The translations under genes and the position numbers were made by a program. Below, in pieces: positions 50,906 through 64,000 of a stretch of DNA of 64,000 nt. Origin of the DNA: an uncultured Planctomycetota bacterium (lineage in GTDB: Bacteria > Planctomycetota > Planctomycetia > Isosphaerales > Isosphaeraceae); NCBI GenBank assembly GCA_963845755.1, contig CAWJTV010000036.1, positions 256,001-320,000 of the forward strand. Direction: 5' to 3'. Position 1 is the first letter of the stretch; every line of letters begins with the position of its first letter. Below the pieces are notes generated by a model. It was not told the DNA's origin, searched no databases, and worked only from the letters and a program-made list of their open reading frames with translations.

Positions 50906-51198
50906 GATCTATGGGCTCCGTTCGGCAGGAAAGTCGTATCGAGGTCAAAGGTCGGATTCTAACCCAGGGGCTGGCGGCATTCCAGGATCAACGGCTCGGA
51001 ACAGGCATCGCCCAACGCGCCCGATGGATCATCGCCCTCCCCTCCGATAGACTAGAACCCGCCAAGAACCCAGGCCCGTCGGACACCCGACGGGTCAGGA
51101 ATCATGGAGACGGGAAAAAATATGATATGGCGAACATCGGCGATGGCACGGCATCGGCTTCGATTCCAGGACATCTGTCTCAAGGAGAGATCGTGACC

Positions 51199-51817
51199 AT
51201 GATTTTCAATAAGCGGATGTGTCTGCTGGTCCTGGTCCTGACCGGCGGGTTCGCCCTGGAAGCGTTCCCGGGCGCCGCCCCGCAGGCGACGTCCACGATG
51301 CCGGAGTACGACCAGAAGGGGGAGCTACTTGCACCCCGAGGCTTCCGGGCCTGGGTTTTCGCCGGTGCCGACGAGTCACCGACGTACAGGGGCGATTTGC
51401 CCGAATCGACGCGTCCTGAACGCCTCCGGCATGACGAGGAGAAAGCCGGTAACTTCCACAATATCTACATCAATCCGGAGGCGTACCGCGCCTTCCTCGA
51501 GAAGGGAACATTCCCCGACCCGACGATCCTCGTCATGGAAGTCTTCCAGGCGGAGCGCCAAGGATTCGAAGGGCGTCCTCAAGGGTGGCGAGTTTGAGGG
51601 CAAGCGGATCGGGTTCGAAGTCGCGGTCAAGGATAAGAATCGTCCGGGCGGCGGCGTCCCCTGGGCGTATTACGCGTTCGACCTGGATGAGAAGTCCAAA
51701 CCGAGCCGACCCGCGCGGGCCAAGCCCGACGCCGCCTGTTATCAGTGCCACCTGAAACATGCCAGCGTGGACAACGTCTGGGTCCAGTTCTATCCGGCGC
51801 TTCGCGACCCGGAATAG
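51199..51817 (+). CDS. Cytochrome P460 / c'-beta family protein, frameshifted ~51558
   Basis: Signal peptide, P.GFRAW, FHNIYINP, FPDPTILVME, C-terminal CYQCH, WVQFYP. Confidence 0.8.
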
Positions 51818-51849
51818 AGTGCCTCTCGCGGCCTTTGGCCGCAACCCAA

Positions 51850-51961
51850 TCGCGATTCCGAATTCGCGATTCGCGATTCCCGAGGGGGGATGATTCGGAT
51901 TCGCGATTCTCGATTCCCGAGGGGGGATGATTCGGGAATCGGGAATGTCGAATCGGGAATC
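51850..51961. repeat. Heptamer repeats (ATTCGCG/GAATCGG) with a duplicated GATTCCCGAGGGGGGATGATTCGG
   Basis: Direct inspection; between convergent genes. Confidence 0.75.
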
Positions 51962-52051
51962 GCCAGGATGCGTGCACGGCGCAGGTGCGCGGCGGAGACG
52001 ACGAGTCCTGGCCTGTCCCCCAAAACCTGGTCCCGCCCTTGTCCGTGCGGG

Positions 52052-54346
52052 CTATCGGGCCGCGTCGGCCTTCGGATTGTCGTCGAGCCGTGTCGCCCTG
52101 GAGTCGCGTCCGTCACGGTGCAGGTCGATGTGGGTGACCTTCCCCTTGTCATTCTTGACGAAGGTGACCGTGGCGTCCTTGGCCGGCTCGAGGAAGAAGA
52201 CGGTTTCGGACTCCGGGAAGACTTCGAGCTTGCCGTCGTCGGTGGCCTGGGCCATCAGACGGTCCCCCTCGCGGGTGATCGTGACGATGGTTTCGTGTCC
52301 GATCGCGTAGCGGCCGACGTAGGCGTCGTACACCTTCGGGTCAACCTTGGCCACCTTGTGGGAAATGGGCTTGGTCAACTTCAGGCCCGATTTGCCGGCG
52401 ATCAGGTAGGCATTCAAGACGTTATCCATCTTGCTGGCATCATCATTATTGACAAGAAAGACGTATCCGATCCCTCGGTCCTTGTACAGGACGGAGTGGC
52501 TCGTGAACCCGGGATTCCTCCCCCCGTGCCCGTAATGGGTCCCCTGCGGCGTCTCCTCGATCGCGATGCCCAGGCCCCACGAGGTGCCCGGTTGATCCGG
52601 CACTTTCACCTGGGTGCGGAGCATGTCCCGCGAGGTGGCCTCGGACAGGCCCTTGCCCTGGAGGACGGCGATCAGGAACCTGGCGTAGTTCCGGGCGTCC
52701 ACATGCAGGCTGGCCGCGACGTTGGGCTCGCCGGGTTGCCGTTTCACCATCGGTAAGGTGCCGCCGTGGCCCGTGGCGGTCCGGTGCGCCACGTCCTCGT
52801 TCCAGACGAGGGAGGCGTTCTCGATGCCGAGGGGGGCGAAGACTTCTTCGCGGCACAGCTCGACCAGTTTTTTCCCGGTCAGCTTCTCGACGACCTTGCC
52901 GAGATAGACGAACCCTTCGCCGGAATACGAGACCTCGGTGCCCGGTGTGAATTTGATCTCGAGTTTCCCCGTCCGCCAGTTCGGGAACCCGGTCCGGTGG
53001 GTCAGCACCATCCGGGCCGTGATGAGCTTGTATCGGTCGTCATGGGCGATATCTTCGTAGGCGAGGTAGGTGTGGAGCGGGGTGTCGAGCTTGAGGACTC
53101 CTCGGTCCACGAGCCGGAGCACGGTATAGGCGAAGACGGGCTTCGTCATGGAGGCGGCTTCGAACACCGTGTCAACGGTCACCGGCTCTCGGGTCGCCGT
53201 GTTCGTGACGCCGAACCCACGCTGGTAGACAACCCGGGAGTCCTTGATGACGGCGATCGAGATCCCCGGGATCTTGTAGTAAGCCAGGTAGGCCCGCACG
53301 AAGCGGTCGAGCTCCTCGGGGTTCACGGGCCCGGAACTGAGGAGTACGCCCTCGCTGCCGATCAGCCCGGGCCAGGGGATGGCCGTGACGCGGAGGGGGT
53401 CGGCTTTCGCCGGACGATCGGCCTCGACGTGGACGTCGACGCTCGTCTTCTCGTCGACGCGGACGTCCGCCGAATCCACGGGTCGCACGGAGTACGGGCC
53501 GGCGGGGAGGGCCGTGGCCCGGTAAGCCCCCGTCGAATCGACGCGCACCTCGCGCCATAACTGTGCAGAGCGAGACGATTGAATCCGCACCCGCGCGGGA
53601 AGGGCCCATGGGGACGGGTCTTTCCAGGTCACGAGGCCGGAGACCTCGCCGAATCGGGTTTCGGGGGTGACCAGGAGGACTTCTCCGCACCGGTCCGGCA
53701 TGCTCACTTTCTGAGTCCCGCTGCCCCAGGCGGCCCACGAGAACGAGCCGTCCTTGTCTTTGTCCGCCACCGCGACGTCGAATCCGATCGCCCGCTCGGG
53801 ATCGAGCTCGGCGCCGACCTCGACGCGCCATTCGTAGACAATCCGGGAATCCGTCCGTACCACGGCCACCTTCACCGTCTTCTCCGAAGCTTCCCGCGGG
53901 CCGACGATCCGGTTCTGGTTTCCGTACCGGGCATACTGGACGATGGGAGATCCGCTCCCGGCGTGGGCCGCATCGATGAAGAGCTCACAGCCATCCTGGG
54001 CGTTCCACACGACTTCCCCGGGCCCGTCGAGGACCACGGAATCGTCCTGAACCTCGACGGCGACATAGAGGGCGCGTTCGCCCGGGTTGTAGGCGATGCG
54101 AAATTGAGCTTTCAGGTCATCATGGCCGCCGGGCTTGTCGCCGAACTCGATGCGTTCGATCGGGTACGTTTGCAAGGTCTTCGGCCAGTCGCTCAGGTCG
54201 CCATCGACGGTGATCCCCTTCTCCGGATAGGCAAAACCCACGGCGCCGTTCTGACCGTATGTCGGGCTCGACGCGATGAGCATCACCGCGGCGAAGAGCG
54301 CAACGAGCCCTCGGACGTTGGACGATGAGGTGCGACATACATTCAT
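52052..54346 (-). CDS. Serine hydrolase (beta-lactamase family) with CBM9-like N-terminal and DUF3471-like C-terminal domains
   Basis: ITVDGDLSDW; SMTK, YSGE, HGG; YVGRY. Confidence 0.88.
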   Translation of the reverse strand: MNVCRTSSSNVRGLVALFAAVMLIASSPTYGQNGAVGFAYPEKGITVDGDLSDWPKTLQTYPIERIEFGDKPGGHDDLKAQFRIAYNPGERALYVAVEVQDDSVVLDGPGEVVWNAQDGCELFIDAAHAGSGSPIVQYARYGNQNRIVGPREASEKTVKVAVVRTDSRIVYEWRVEVGAELDPERAIGFDVAVADKDKDGSFSWAAWGSGTQKVSMPDRCGEVLLVTPETRFGEVSGLVTWKDPSPWALPARVRIQSSRSAQLWREVRVDSTGAYRATALPAGPYSVRPVDSADVRVDEKTSVDVHVEADRPAKADPLRVTAIPWPGLIGSEGVLLSSGPVNPEELDRFVRAYLAYYKIPGISIAVIKDSRVVYQRGFGVTNTATREPVTVDTVFEAASMTKPVFAYTVLRLVDRGVLKLDTPLHTYLAYEDIAHDDRYKLITARMVLTHRTGFPNWRTGKLEIKFTPGTEVSYSGEGFVYLGKVVEKLTGKKLVELCREEVFAPLGIENASLVWNEDVAHRTATGHGGTLPMVKRQPGEPNVAASLHVDARNYARFLIAVLQGKGLSEATSRDMLRTQVKVPDQPGTSWGLGIAIEETPQGTHYGHGGRNPGFTSHSVLYKDRGIGYVFLVNNDDASKMDNVLNAYLIAGKSGLKLTKPISHKVAKVDPKVYDAYVGRYAIGHETIVTITREGDRLMAQATDDGKLEVFPESETVFFLEPAKDATVTFVKNDKGKVTHIDLHRDGRDSRATRLDDNPKADAAR

Positions 54347-54532
54347 AAACGAGTGCTCCTGCGTATCGTGGTGGATCGGGGCGGCACGCCTCGCGTGGGT
54401 TGGCTCGGTAATTCGGCCATCGATCCCCGAGAACCCGAACCACGTCAGCCGGTCGACCGGGACGCGTCGTGGGTACCTCGTGGATCAAAGCGGCCCGGAT
54501 CGTCTCACGGTCGGGTTGCACATGGGCGCGTC

Positions 54533-54592
54533 GGGTGCTCTGTGAACACCGATCCCCGCGCTGGGGCCTCTCCGGTGCTCACAGAGCACCCT
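54533..54592. repeat. REP-like palindrome, GGGTGCTCTGTG family (copy 2)
   Basis: gggtgctctgtgaacaccg ... cggtgctcacagagcaccc. Confidence 0.8.
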
Positions 54593-54813
54593 CCCCAGAG
54601 CCAGGGCGTATCTTCACATTGGCTCTGGGGCGTACCAACCCAATCGTTCGGCGCTCCGACTACTATACTCACAAGCCAGGCGCGGGACTTTGAATGCGGG
54701 TTTGAGGATTTGCCGACGCCGTTTCCGGAAGTTGTTTCAGCGACCTTGCCGTAACTCCCTATCGCTCAGAGGGGTGCGAAGTTGTATGCCACATCGAGGG
54801 CCGGAGGTCGGAG

Positions 54814-55230
54814 TCAGTAGTAGCCGCCGTATAGCCCCCCGCCGGTGGTTCCACCGCCGGTCGTCCCGCCGCCGGAAGTCCCACCACCAAGGGATCCACC
54901 GTCGATGAGACCGCCATCGCCAGATCCGGGAATGGTCGTGCCGTCGCCATTGGAACCGCTGGTGGTCCCGCCACCGGGGGATCCGCCGAGTGGATGAGTC
55001 ACATGCGGGCTGATGGGATGAGGTTTGGGATGAACCTTGGGGTGGACCTTATGATGGACCTCGGCGTGAGGCTTATGATGAACCTTGGCGTGAGAATGGG
55101 CCCTGGCATGCGGAACGTGGGCGTCAATCTGCGCCATGTGAGCAGCGGGCGCGAGGCCGACGGCGCTCGGGGTGACCCGCGCCTCCAGGCCGTCGCACCC
55201 GTTGGGGCGAAAGATGTTTTGTTTCCTCAT
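54814..55230 (-). CDS. Small His-rich / Gly-rich protein with LEPRxLL-like N-terminus
   Basis: FRP..DGLEARVTPS, HK(V/P)H repeats, Gly/Thr tail ending YGGYY. Confidence 0.65.
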   Translation of the reverse strand: MRKQNIFRPNGCDGLEARVTPSAVGLAPAAHMAQIDAHVPHARAHSHAKVHHKPHAEVHHKVHPKVHPKPHPISPHVTHPLGGSPGGGTTSGSNGDGTTIPGSGDGGLIDGGSLGGGTSGGGTTGGGTTGGGLYGGYY

Positions 55231-55690
55231 GGGTGCCGTACCTCTTCTCGCACTGAATGGATCGGACAGGGCCCATCCTTTCCCATCGACTGACGGGACG
55301 ATGGCCATCTTGGGTGGCGACGTCCCGACACCCGCATCGACAAGGTGGGCAAACTCCTGGACTGGGCGCGTAGGTGAAGGGTGGTCCGAACGTTGAATGG
55401 TCGGTGAGACTCGCCAGCAGTTCCCGAAGATCGGGGGGCGGCGTCTTCCTCACGAGCAACCGAAAAACCTGCTCGCGTAACCCCTCATAGACTAAGAACC
55501 ACCATGCGGCCCTGCGGTTACAGAAAGCTGGACGGATCGTCGAGCCCATCTGGCCAGGAGTCCGATAATCGCAGAGGTCTGTCGAAGAATCGGCGAGGTC
55601 GATCGTCTCCGGTTCGATCGATCCTCGCCGCTGTCCCGCATCGCCTCGGTCTGCTAGGCAACCAGGCACCCTTTATCGCAGAATGGCCCG

Positions 55691-56644
55691 ATGGAGACGC
55701 CATCGAATCCGTACCGCGAGAGCCGTCGAGCCGCGCTCTGGGGCATCGGCGTCAGCTTGGCCCTGGGCGGCGTGAAGCTGCTCGGCGGACTGTTCGGCCG
55801 TTCCCTGGCCCTGCTCTCCGATGCGGTGCATTCGCTGGTTGATGCGGCGGTCTCGGCGGCGTTGCTGGCGGCGTTGGTCCTGGCCGAGCGACCCGCCGAC
55901 CGCGAGCATCCTTACGGTCACGGACGGTTGGAGGCCGTGGCCGGTGCCGGCGTGGCCCTGGTCCTGATCGCCCTGGCCACGGCCATCGCTTACGAATCGC
56001 TGTCGACCGTCGCCGGGCGGCACGAAGCGCCGGCCGGCTTCACCTTGCTCATCGCGGGCGCCGGTGCGCTCTCCCAGGAACTGCTTTACCGGTATGTGAG
56101 CCGGGTCGCTCGCCGGACCGGCTCGGCCGCGTTGCTGGCGACCGCCTGGGATTACCGGCTCGATGCCTTGAGTGGCATCGGCGTCCTGATCGGCGTGGCG
56201 CTGGCGAAATGGGCCGGCTGGTCGTGGGCCGACCAGGTCGCGGCGGGCCTGGTCGCCGTGACCGTGTTCTGGATCGGTGGCCGGTTGCTCTGGGAGAATA
56301 TCCAATCGCTGATGGATCGTCAGGCGGAGCCGGAAATCCTCGAAGGCGTCCGGGCGGAAGCCCAGGCCGTGCCCGGCGTGCTGGCGGTGGAGAAGCTGAG
56401 GGTAAGGCGGATGGGGATCGAGTATATCGCCGAGATTCACGTCCAGGTCGATGGCCGCGAGAGCGTCGTCGGCGGTCATGCCATCGCACACTCCGTGAAG
56501 GATCGGATCATGGACCGTCTGGAATCGATCAGCGATGTGGTCGTGCACGTCGAGCCATTCGGCGGACCGGCATCGACGATTCCGCTTGCGGCATCGAATC
56601 CCGTGCCGGTTAACCGCGCGGAATCGCATGAGCTGATTCCCTGA
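55691..56644 (+). CDS. Cation diffusion facilitator (FieF-like) transporter
   Basis: SDAVHSLVD, PADREHPYGHGRLE, H..AH, VHVEP. Confidence 0.92.
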   Translation: METPSNPYRESRRAALWGIGVSLALGGVKLLGGLFGRSLALLSDAVHSLVDAAVSAALLAALVLAERPADREHPYGHGRLEAVAGAGVALVLIALATAIAYESLSTVAGRHEAPAGFTLLIAGAGALSQELLYRYVSRVARRTGSAALLATAWDYRLDALSGIGVLIGVALAKWAGWSWADQVAAGLVAVTVFWIGGRLLWENIQSLMDRQAEPEILEGVRAEAQAVPGVLAVEKLRVRRMGIEYIAEIHVQVDGRESVVGGHAIAHSVKDRIMDRLESISDVVVHVEPFGGPASTIPLAASNPVPVNRAESHELIP

Positions 56645-56846
56645 TGCGGGTCATGGCGGGGTAGGGCCGATCTTGTGCAAATTCGTCCCGTATTCTTTCG
56701 CGCCTCATTCTGTTGGTGGCATCAGCCTATTTCCTTTCGCGAGGACGCATGCTAGCATGGAGTCTGTGGGCGTGACCCGATTTGCGGGGCCGGTGGGCCA
56801 TGCAGGGAATCAAATCTTTAGAGGACGAAGTGACAGGAGCGCTCGC

Positions 56847-58825
56847 ATGGGGATCCGCTTGAGGAAGGCTCGCGCGAATGCCGGCGACAGCGGTACCGGT
56901 GGCGGTTCGCGGAAGCGATGCCGCAGAGTCCGGCAGCCCGTCCCGGAAGTTCTCGAAGACCGCCGGTTGTTGACGGCGTCTCTCCAGCCGATCTCCAATC
57001 TGAGCGTCCCGGCGCAGCAGGGTTACACCTTGCCGCTCGACGGCAGCGGCACGACCGATGACCAGACCTTCACCGTGACCATGGACTCGGGCAACCCGGA
57101 TATCACCGCGAGCATCCCCCAACAGAACTTCTGGACGATCGATGTCCAGTACACCGACCCCTCCAACCAGAACAACGACTTCACCGGGCCGCTCACCTTC
57201 CAGCTCTTCCAGACCCTGACGCCCAACACGGTCAGTGAGATCGAGAAGTTCACCACCGACGGATTCTACAGTGCTGCCGGTGATCCGAATAATGGTAATA
57301 AGAACGGGATCTCGATTCCCCGGATCGCGCCGGGCTTCGACGGTTTGACGGATTACATCATCCAGGGCGGAGCCATCAGTTCCACCAACACCGGCGGCCA
57401 GAGCGGGGAGCCGGGCACGCCGTTCCAGAACGAGAATGTCCAGCAGTTGGCCTTCACCGGCACCGACCAGTTGGCGATGGCCAACGCGGGGAATACCGAC
57501 AGCAACGACACCCAGTGGTTCATCACGACCGGCTCGCCCAACAGCGGGCTGGGGTACGGTTACACCATCTTCGGCCAGTTGGTGCCGAATCCCACGAACG
57601 AAACTCCGGCTCAGACCCTGCTGGCCAAACTCACCACGCTCAATCCCAACGGCTTCAATACCAATGTTCCAACGCCAACTCCTGTACCCACTTTCACGGC
57701 ATCGACGTCCTCGGCGAATCCCAGCGGGGTGTTGATCATCGACACCTCGCAGGCCCGTCCGGGCGACTCCGCCACGTTCACCGTGACCGCCCACGATGGC
57801 ACCTCCACCGTCAGCCGGACGTTCACCGTGACCGTCGGCGCCTACGGCGGCCCGACCGACCCGCCCATCCCTTTCAAGCCCCTCGCCAGTCCGGTCACCG
57901 CGTCCGTGGCCGAAGGCAAGTCGACGACGGTCACTCTGGTCGGCCAGGATGGTTATCCGGATCCCACCTACACCGGGTGGACGCTCAGCTATTCCCTGGT
58001 GTCGCAGCCCAGCGACGGCACGATCAGCGACTTCAATGCGTCGGCCGGCACGTTCGTCTACACGCCCAAGCCGGGTTTCACGGGTACCGATCCATTCCAG
58101 TACCAGGTCCAGGAGTCGTACGGACCGTCCTTAACGACCGAGAGCATGGCGACGAACGTGACGCTCACCGTCACACCGACCCCAACGCCCACACCGACTC
58201 CGACACCGACTCCAACGCCCACACGACTCCGACACCGACTCCAACGCCCACACCGACTCCGACACCGACTCCAACGCCCACACCGACTCCAACGCCCACG
58301 CCGACTCCGCTCGTGACGGTTACGGGGATCGCGTTGAAGACGAACAAGAAGCACCAGGTGTCCGAGGTTTTCGTGACATTCAGCGGGCCGGTAAACGTGA
58401 CCGAGGCGGATAACACGGCGACCTATCGCCTGGCCACGCCGGGGAAGCATGGGTCCTATACCGCCAGGAACGCCGGGATCATCAAGCTGAAGTCGGCGAC
58501 CTATGACCCGACGGACGATCAGGTCACGCTCGTGCCGAAGAAACCCTTTGTTATCAGCAAGAAGGTCCAGCTCGAGGTCATCGGTACTCCACCGTCGGGC
58601 TTGCAAGACGGCGCGGGGCGATACATCGACGGCGCGAACAACGGCCAGGCCGGCGGGAACGCCGTCGCGATCCTCTCGAAGGGTGGGGTAAGCATCGACG
58701 CAATGACTCTGGCAAACCCTTCCGCGGGACCGAACACCGCGACGAACGAGATCGACGTCCTGCTCGCCCAATCGGAACTGGACCGTCTCGTTCATTCCCG
58801 GTCGGCGAAGAAACATCCGGGTTGA
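56847..58825 (+). CDS. Extracellular cyclophilin-type PPIase with Ig-like domain and (PT)n linker, frameshift in the repeat
   Basis: LEDRRLL, TPNTV..F, IQGG, LAMANAG..SNDTQWFIT, YTIFGQ, YTPKPGFTGTDPF. Confidence 0.82.
58173..58310 (+). repeat. Coding (Pro-Thr)n repeat
   Basis: ACACCGACTCCAACGCCC-type units. Confidence 0.9.
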
Positions 58826-58898
58826 GCGGACCATCGCACGGCGAAAAAGCGGGTTGTGCCCCGTGTGTCCCCGGTTTGCCCCGTTACAGGACTTTGCC

Positions 58899-59858
58899 TC
58901 AATACGCGAGTCGAACCTTCCGTTCCTCGTCGCTCCTGACGCAGAGGTCAGGGACGGCCAGATGGCGGAAATGAGTCACGCGGTCTCGCCCCGTCTGTTT
59001 GCAGTGATACAGGGCGCGATCCGCTTCATCCAGGAACGTGGTGCAGCAGGATTCTTCATGCGGACCGGAGACCGTGGCCACACCAAAGCTGGCGGTGACC
59101 GGACGCCCTGGCCACGATTGGGTCGCGACGGCCTGCCTCAGGCGATTCGCCACGGCCAGCGCATCATCCGCCTCCATCCCCGGCAGCAAGACGACGAACT
59201 CTTCGCCACCGGTGCGTACCACGAGATCGCGGTGTCTCACGTTGCTTCGGAGTGTGCGTGCGACCATGCACAGCACGTCGTCGCCCGCCGCGTGTCCGAA
59301 GGTATCGTTGTACGACTTGAAATGGTCGATGTCGAGCACCACGACCGAATTGGATTGGTCCCCCCGTGCCTCGGACAGCGAGGTGACGAGCGATCTGTGC
59401 AATTGTCGGCGGTTGGCCAGGCCGGTCAAGGGATCGGTGTTGGCCATCTCGTCGAGACGGGCGTTCTTCTGTTCCAGTTCGGATTGAATGCCAAGGATGC
59501 GCCTGGCGATGGCCAGCCGGACCAGCAACTCGGCCTCGTCGACCGGCTTGTTGAGGAAGTCATCGGCGCCGGCTTCCAGGGCCTGCAAGCGGTTGTCGCG
59601 GCCGATCCGGCCGGTCAGCATGATGACATAGCTATAGGGTTTGCCCTGGCGGGAGCGAATACGGCGGCAAAGTTCTAAACCGTCCACGCCGGACATGATC
59701 CAATCGGTGATGACCAGCCGCCAATCCTCGCGCTCGATGAGATCCCAGGCCGCTTGCCCGGAGGTCACGAGCCGCGGCTCGTAGCCGTGCACCTGGAGCG
59801 TCCAGACAAGGGCCATGCCGACGGTTTTCTGGTCCTCGACGATCAGAATGTGATTCAT
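58899..59858 (-). CDS. Response regulator receiver + GGDEF diguanylate cyclase
   Basis: ILIVED, ITDWIM, KP; DPLTGLANRR, DIDHFK, GGEEF. Confidence 0.92.
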   Translation of the reverse strand: MNHILIVEDQKTVGMALVWTLQVHGYEPRLVTSGQAAWDLIEREDWRLVITDWIMSGVDGLELCRRIRSRQGKPYSYVIMLTGRIGRDNRLQALEAGADDFLNKPVDEAELLVRLAIARRILGIQSELEQKNARLDEMANTDPLTGLANRRQLHRSLVTSLSEARGDQSNSVVVLDIDHFKSYNDTFGHAAGDDVLCMVARTLRSNVRHRDLVVRTGGEEFVVLLPGMEADDALAVANRLRQAVATQSWPGRPVTASFGVATVSGPHEESCCTTFLDEADRALYHCKQTGRDRVTHFRHLAVPDLCVRSDEERKVRLAY

Positions 59859-60087
59859 CCTGCTCTCAGGTTGGATTGGCATCGATGATTGTCAGGCGAA
59901 GGTTGGGGCGCAGCGTCGGCCCGGTATGGCCTGAGATTATCGGAAGAGGCCTTATAGCGACTCTAGGTCGCCCTCGCCGTAAGGTCAACCGGGCCGGCCC
60001 CGGCCCTCGCCATCGGCAACGGCTGACATTGCCCGCCGATTCGACATTTCAGTTAGAGGCTGTCCCGGAAGCCTCATCGGCCGTCTT

Positions 60088-60153
60088 GTAGGGTGCTCTG
60101 TGAGCACCGAATTCGGCAAAGTACACCGTCTCGGTGCTCACAGAGCACCCTAC
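60088..60153. repeat. REP-like palindrome, GTAG-GGTGCTCTGTG family (copy 3)
   Basis: gtagggtgctctgtgagcaccga ... tcggtgctcacagagcaccctac, perfect arms with terminal GTAG. Confidence 0.85.
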
Positions 60154-60207
60154 AAACACCTTCCGAGACAGACTCTAAGATCAGCCTGAACACACGGCCC
60201 TGCGTGA

Positions 60208-60464
60208 TGACTTCGTCGTTGAGGCGGGACTTGTCGCGTCCGAATCGTTTCCGTCTGGAGCTGGGAACCGCCGATGATGCGGCGACGCTGGCCTCGCTGC
60301 ACACGGCGGTCGCCGAAGATTTGACCCGCCTTCACGGCCGCGGGGCGTGGTCGATGAAGACGTCGGAGAAAGGCGTCCTCTGCGCGATGCGTACGGCTGG
60401 CGTCTTCGTGGATGTGCGAGGTATATGCCTTCCTGTTTTGTACCCGTGTATCCGAGAAACTTAG
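60208..60464 (+). pseudogene. Truncated GNAT acetyltransferase-like fragment
   Basis: FRLELGTADDAATLASLH resembles a GNAT N-terminus; coding bias is lost after ~60420. Confidence 0.4.
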
Positions 60465-60624
60465 TCAGAATTGATCGACCCACCCGTTCCGGTCGATGCG
60501 AACCCGCTTGAGACTTGAAAGATCGTCAGCACTGCGAGCAAGATAGGGGAATTCTCAGCCCGAGGATCGATCTCTCTTTGCCCTCCCCGGAAGGCGCCGC
60601 GTTCGACGGGGGGCGGTCTGAATC

Positions 60625-63797
<3,173 letters not shown>

Positions 63798-64000
63798 ATC
63801 GGGCAAGCACCGGAAGCTGGTCTCCTGGCCAGGCCGAACCCTGGTGAGCGGGCCAGCCCGTGGCAGGACCCGACGTTCAGTCGATCGCGTATCGGTGTCT
63901 CAGGCCGAGGACCATCGCACCGTATCGATCGAGGGCTTCCTCCGGGGCGTCGTCCTCGATCGCCCGGACACAACCCTGCACGACCTCGAAGAGCCCGTCG

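Overview
High-GC bacterial DNA that is almost certainly from a planctomycete of the Isosphaeraceae type. Support comes from TIGR03067, PSD1/planctomycete cytochrome c, DUF1573, an ECF sigma-Ser/Thr kinase pair and LEPRxLL-type N-termini. About 15 genes are split by 1-2 bp indels that look like long-read consensus errors, so several genes below are stitched by hand. Two loci stand out. (1) 21.9-32.6 kb is a compact uncharacterised operon behind a perfect sigma-54 -24/-12 promoter and an 18-bp palindromic candidate enhancer. It encodes an acidic-repeat/His-Pro-repeat protein, a gluzincin (HEXXH) peptidase, an unknown ~586-aa protein, a divergent BioF-like PLP enzyme and a peptidoglycan-binding protein carrying similar acidic E-x-E motifs. 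A sigma-54 activator, a signal-less OmpA-like protein and an ISL3 remnant follow it. (2) 8.9-13.7 kb is a ubiquitin-like conjugation operon (Ubl with a masked C-terminal Gly, E1, membrane-anchored JAB, membrane-FHA and zinc-ribbon-TM proteins) with no E2 in the window. The rest is ordinary planctomycete hydrolases, cytochromes and regulators, plus several REP-like and heptamer repeat families. No rRNA, tRNA or CRISPR array was seen. All family calls come from motif reading only; no database searches were run.
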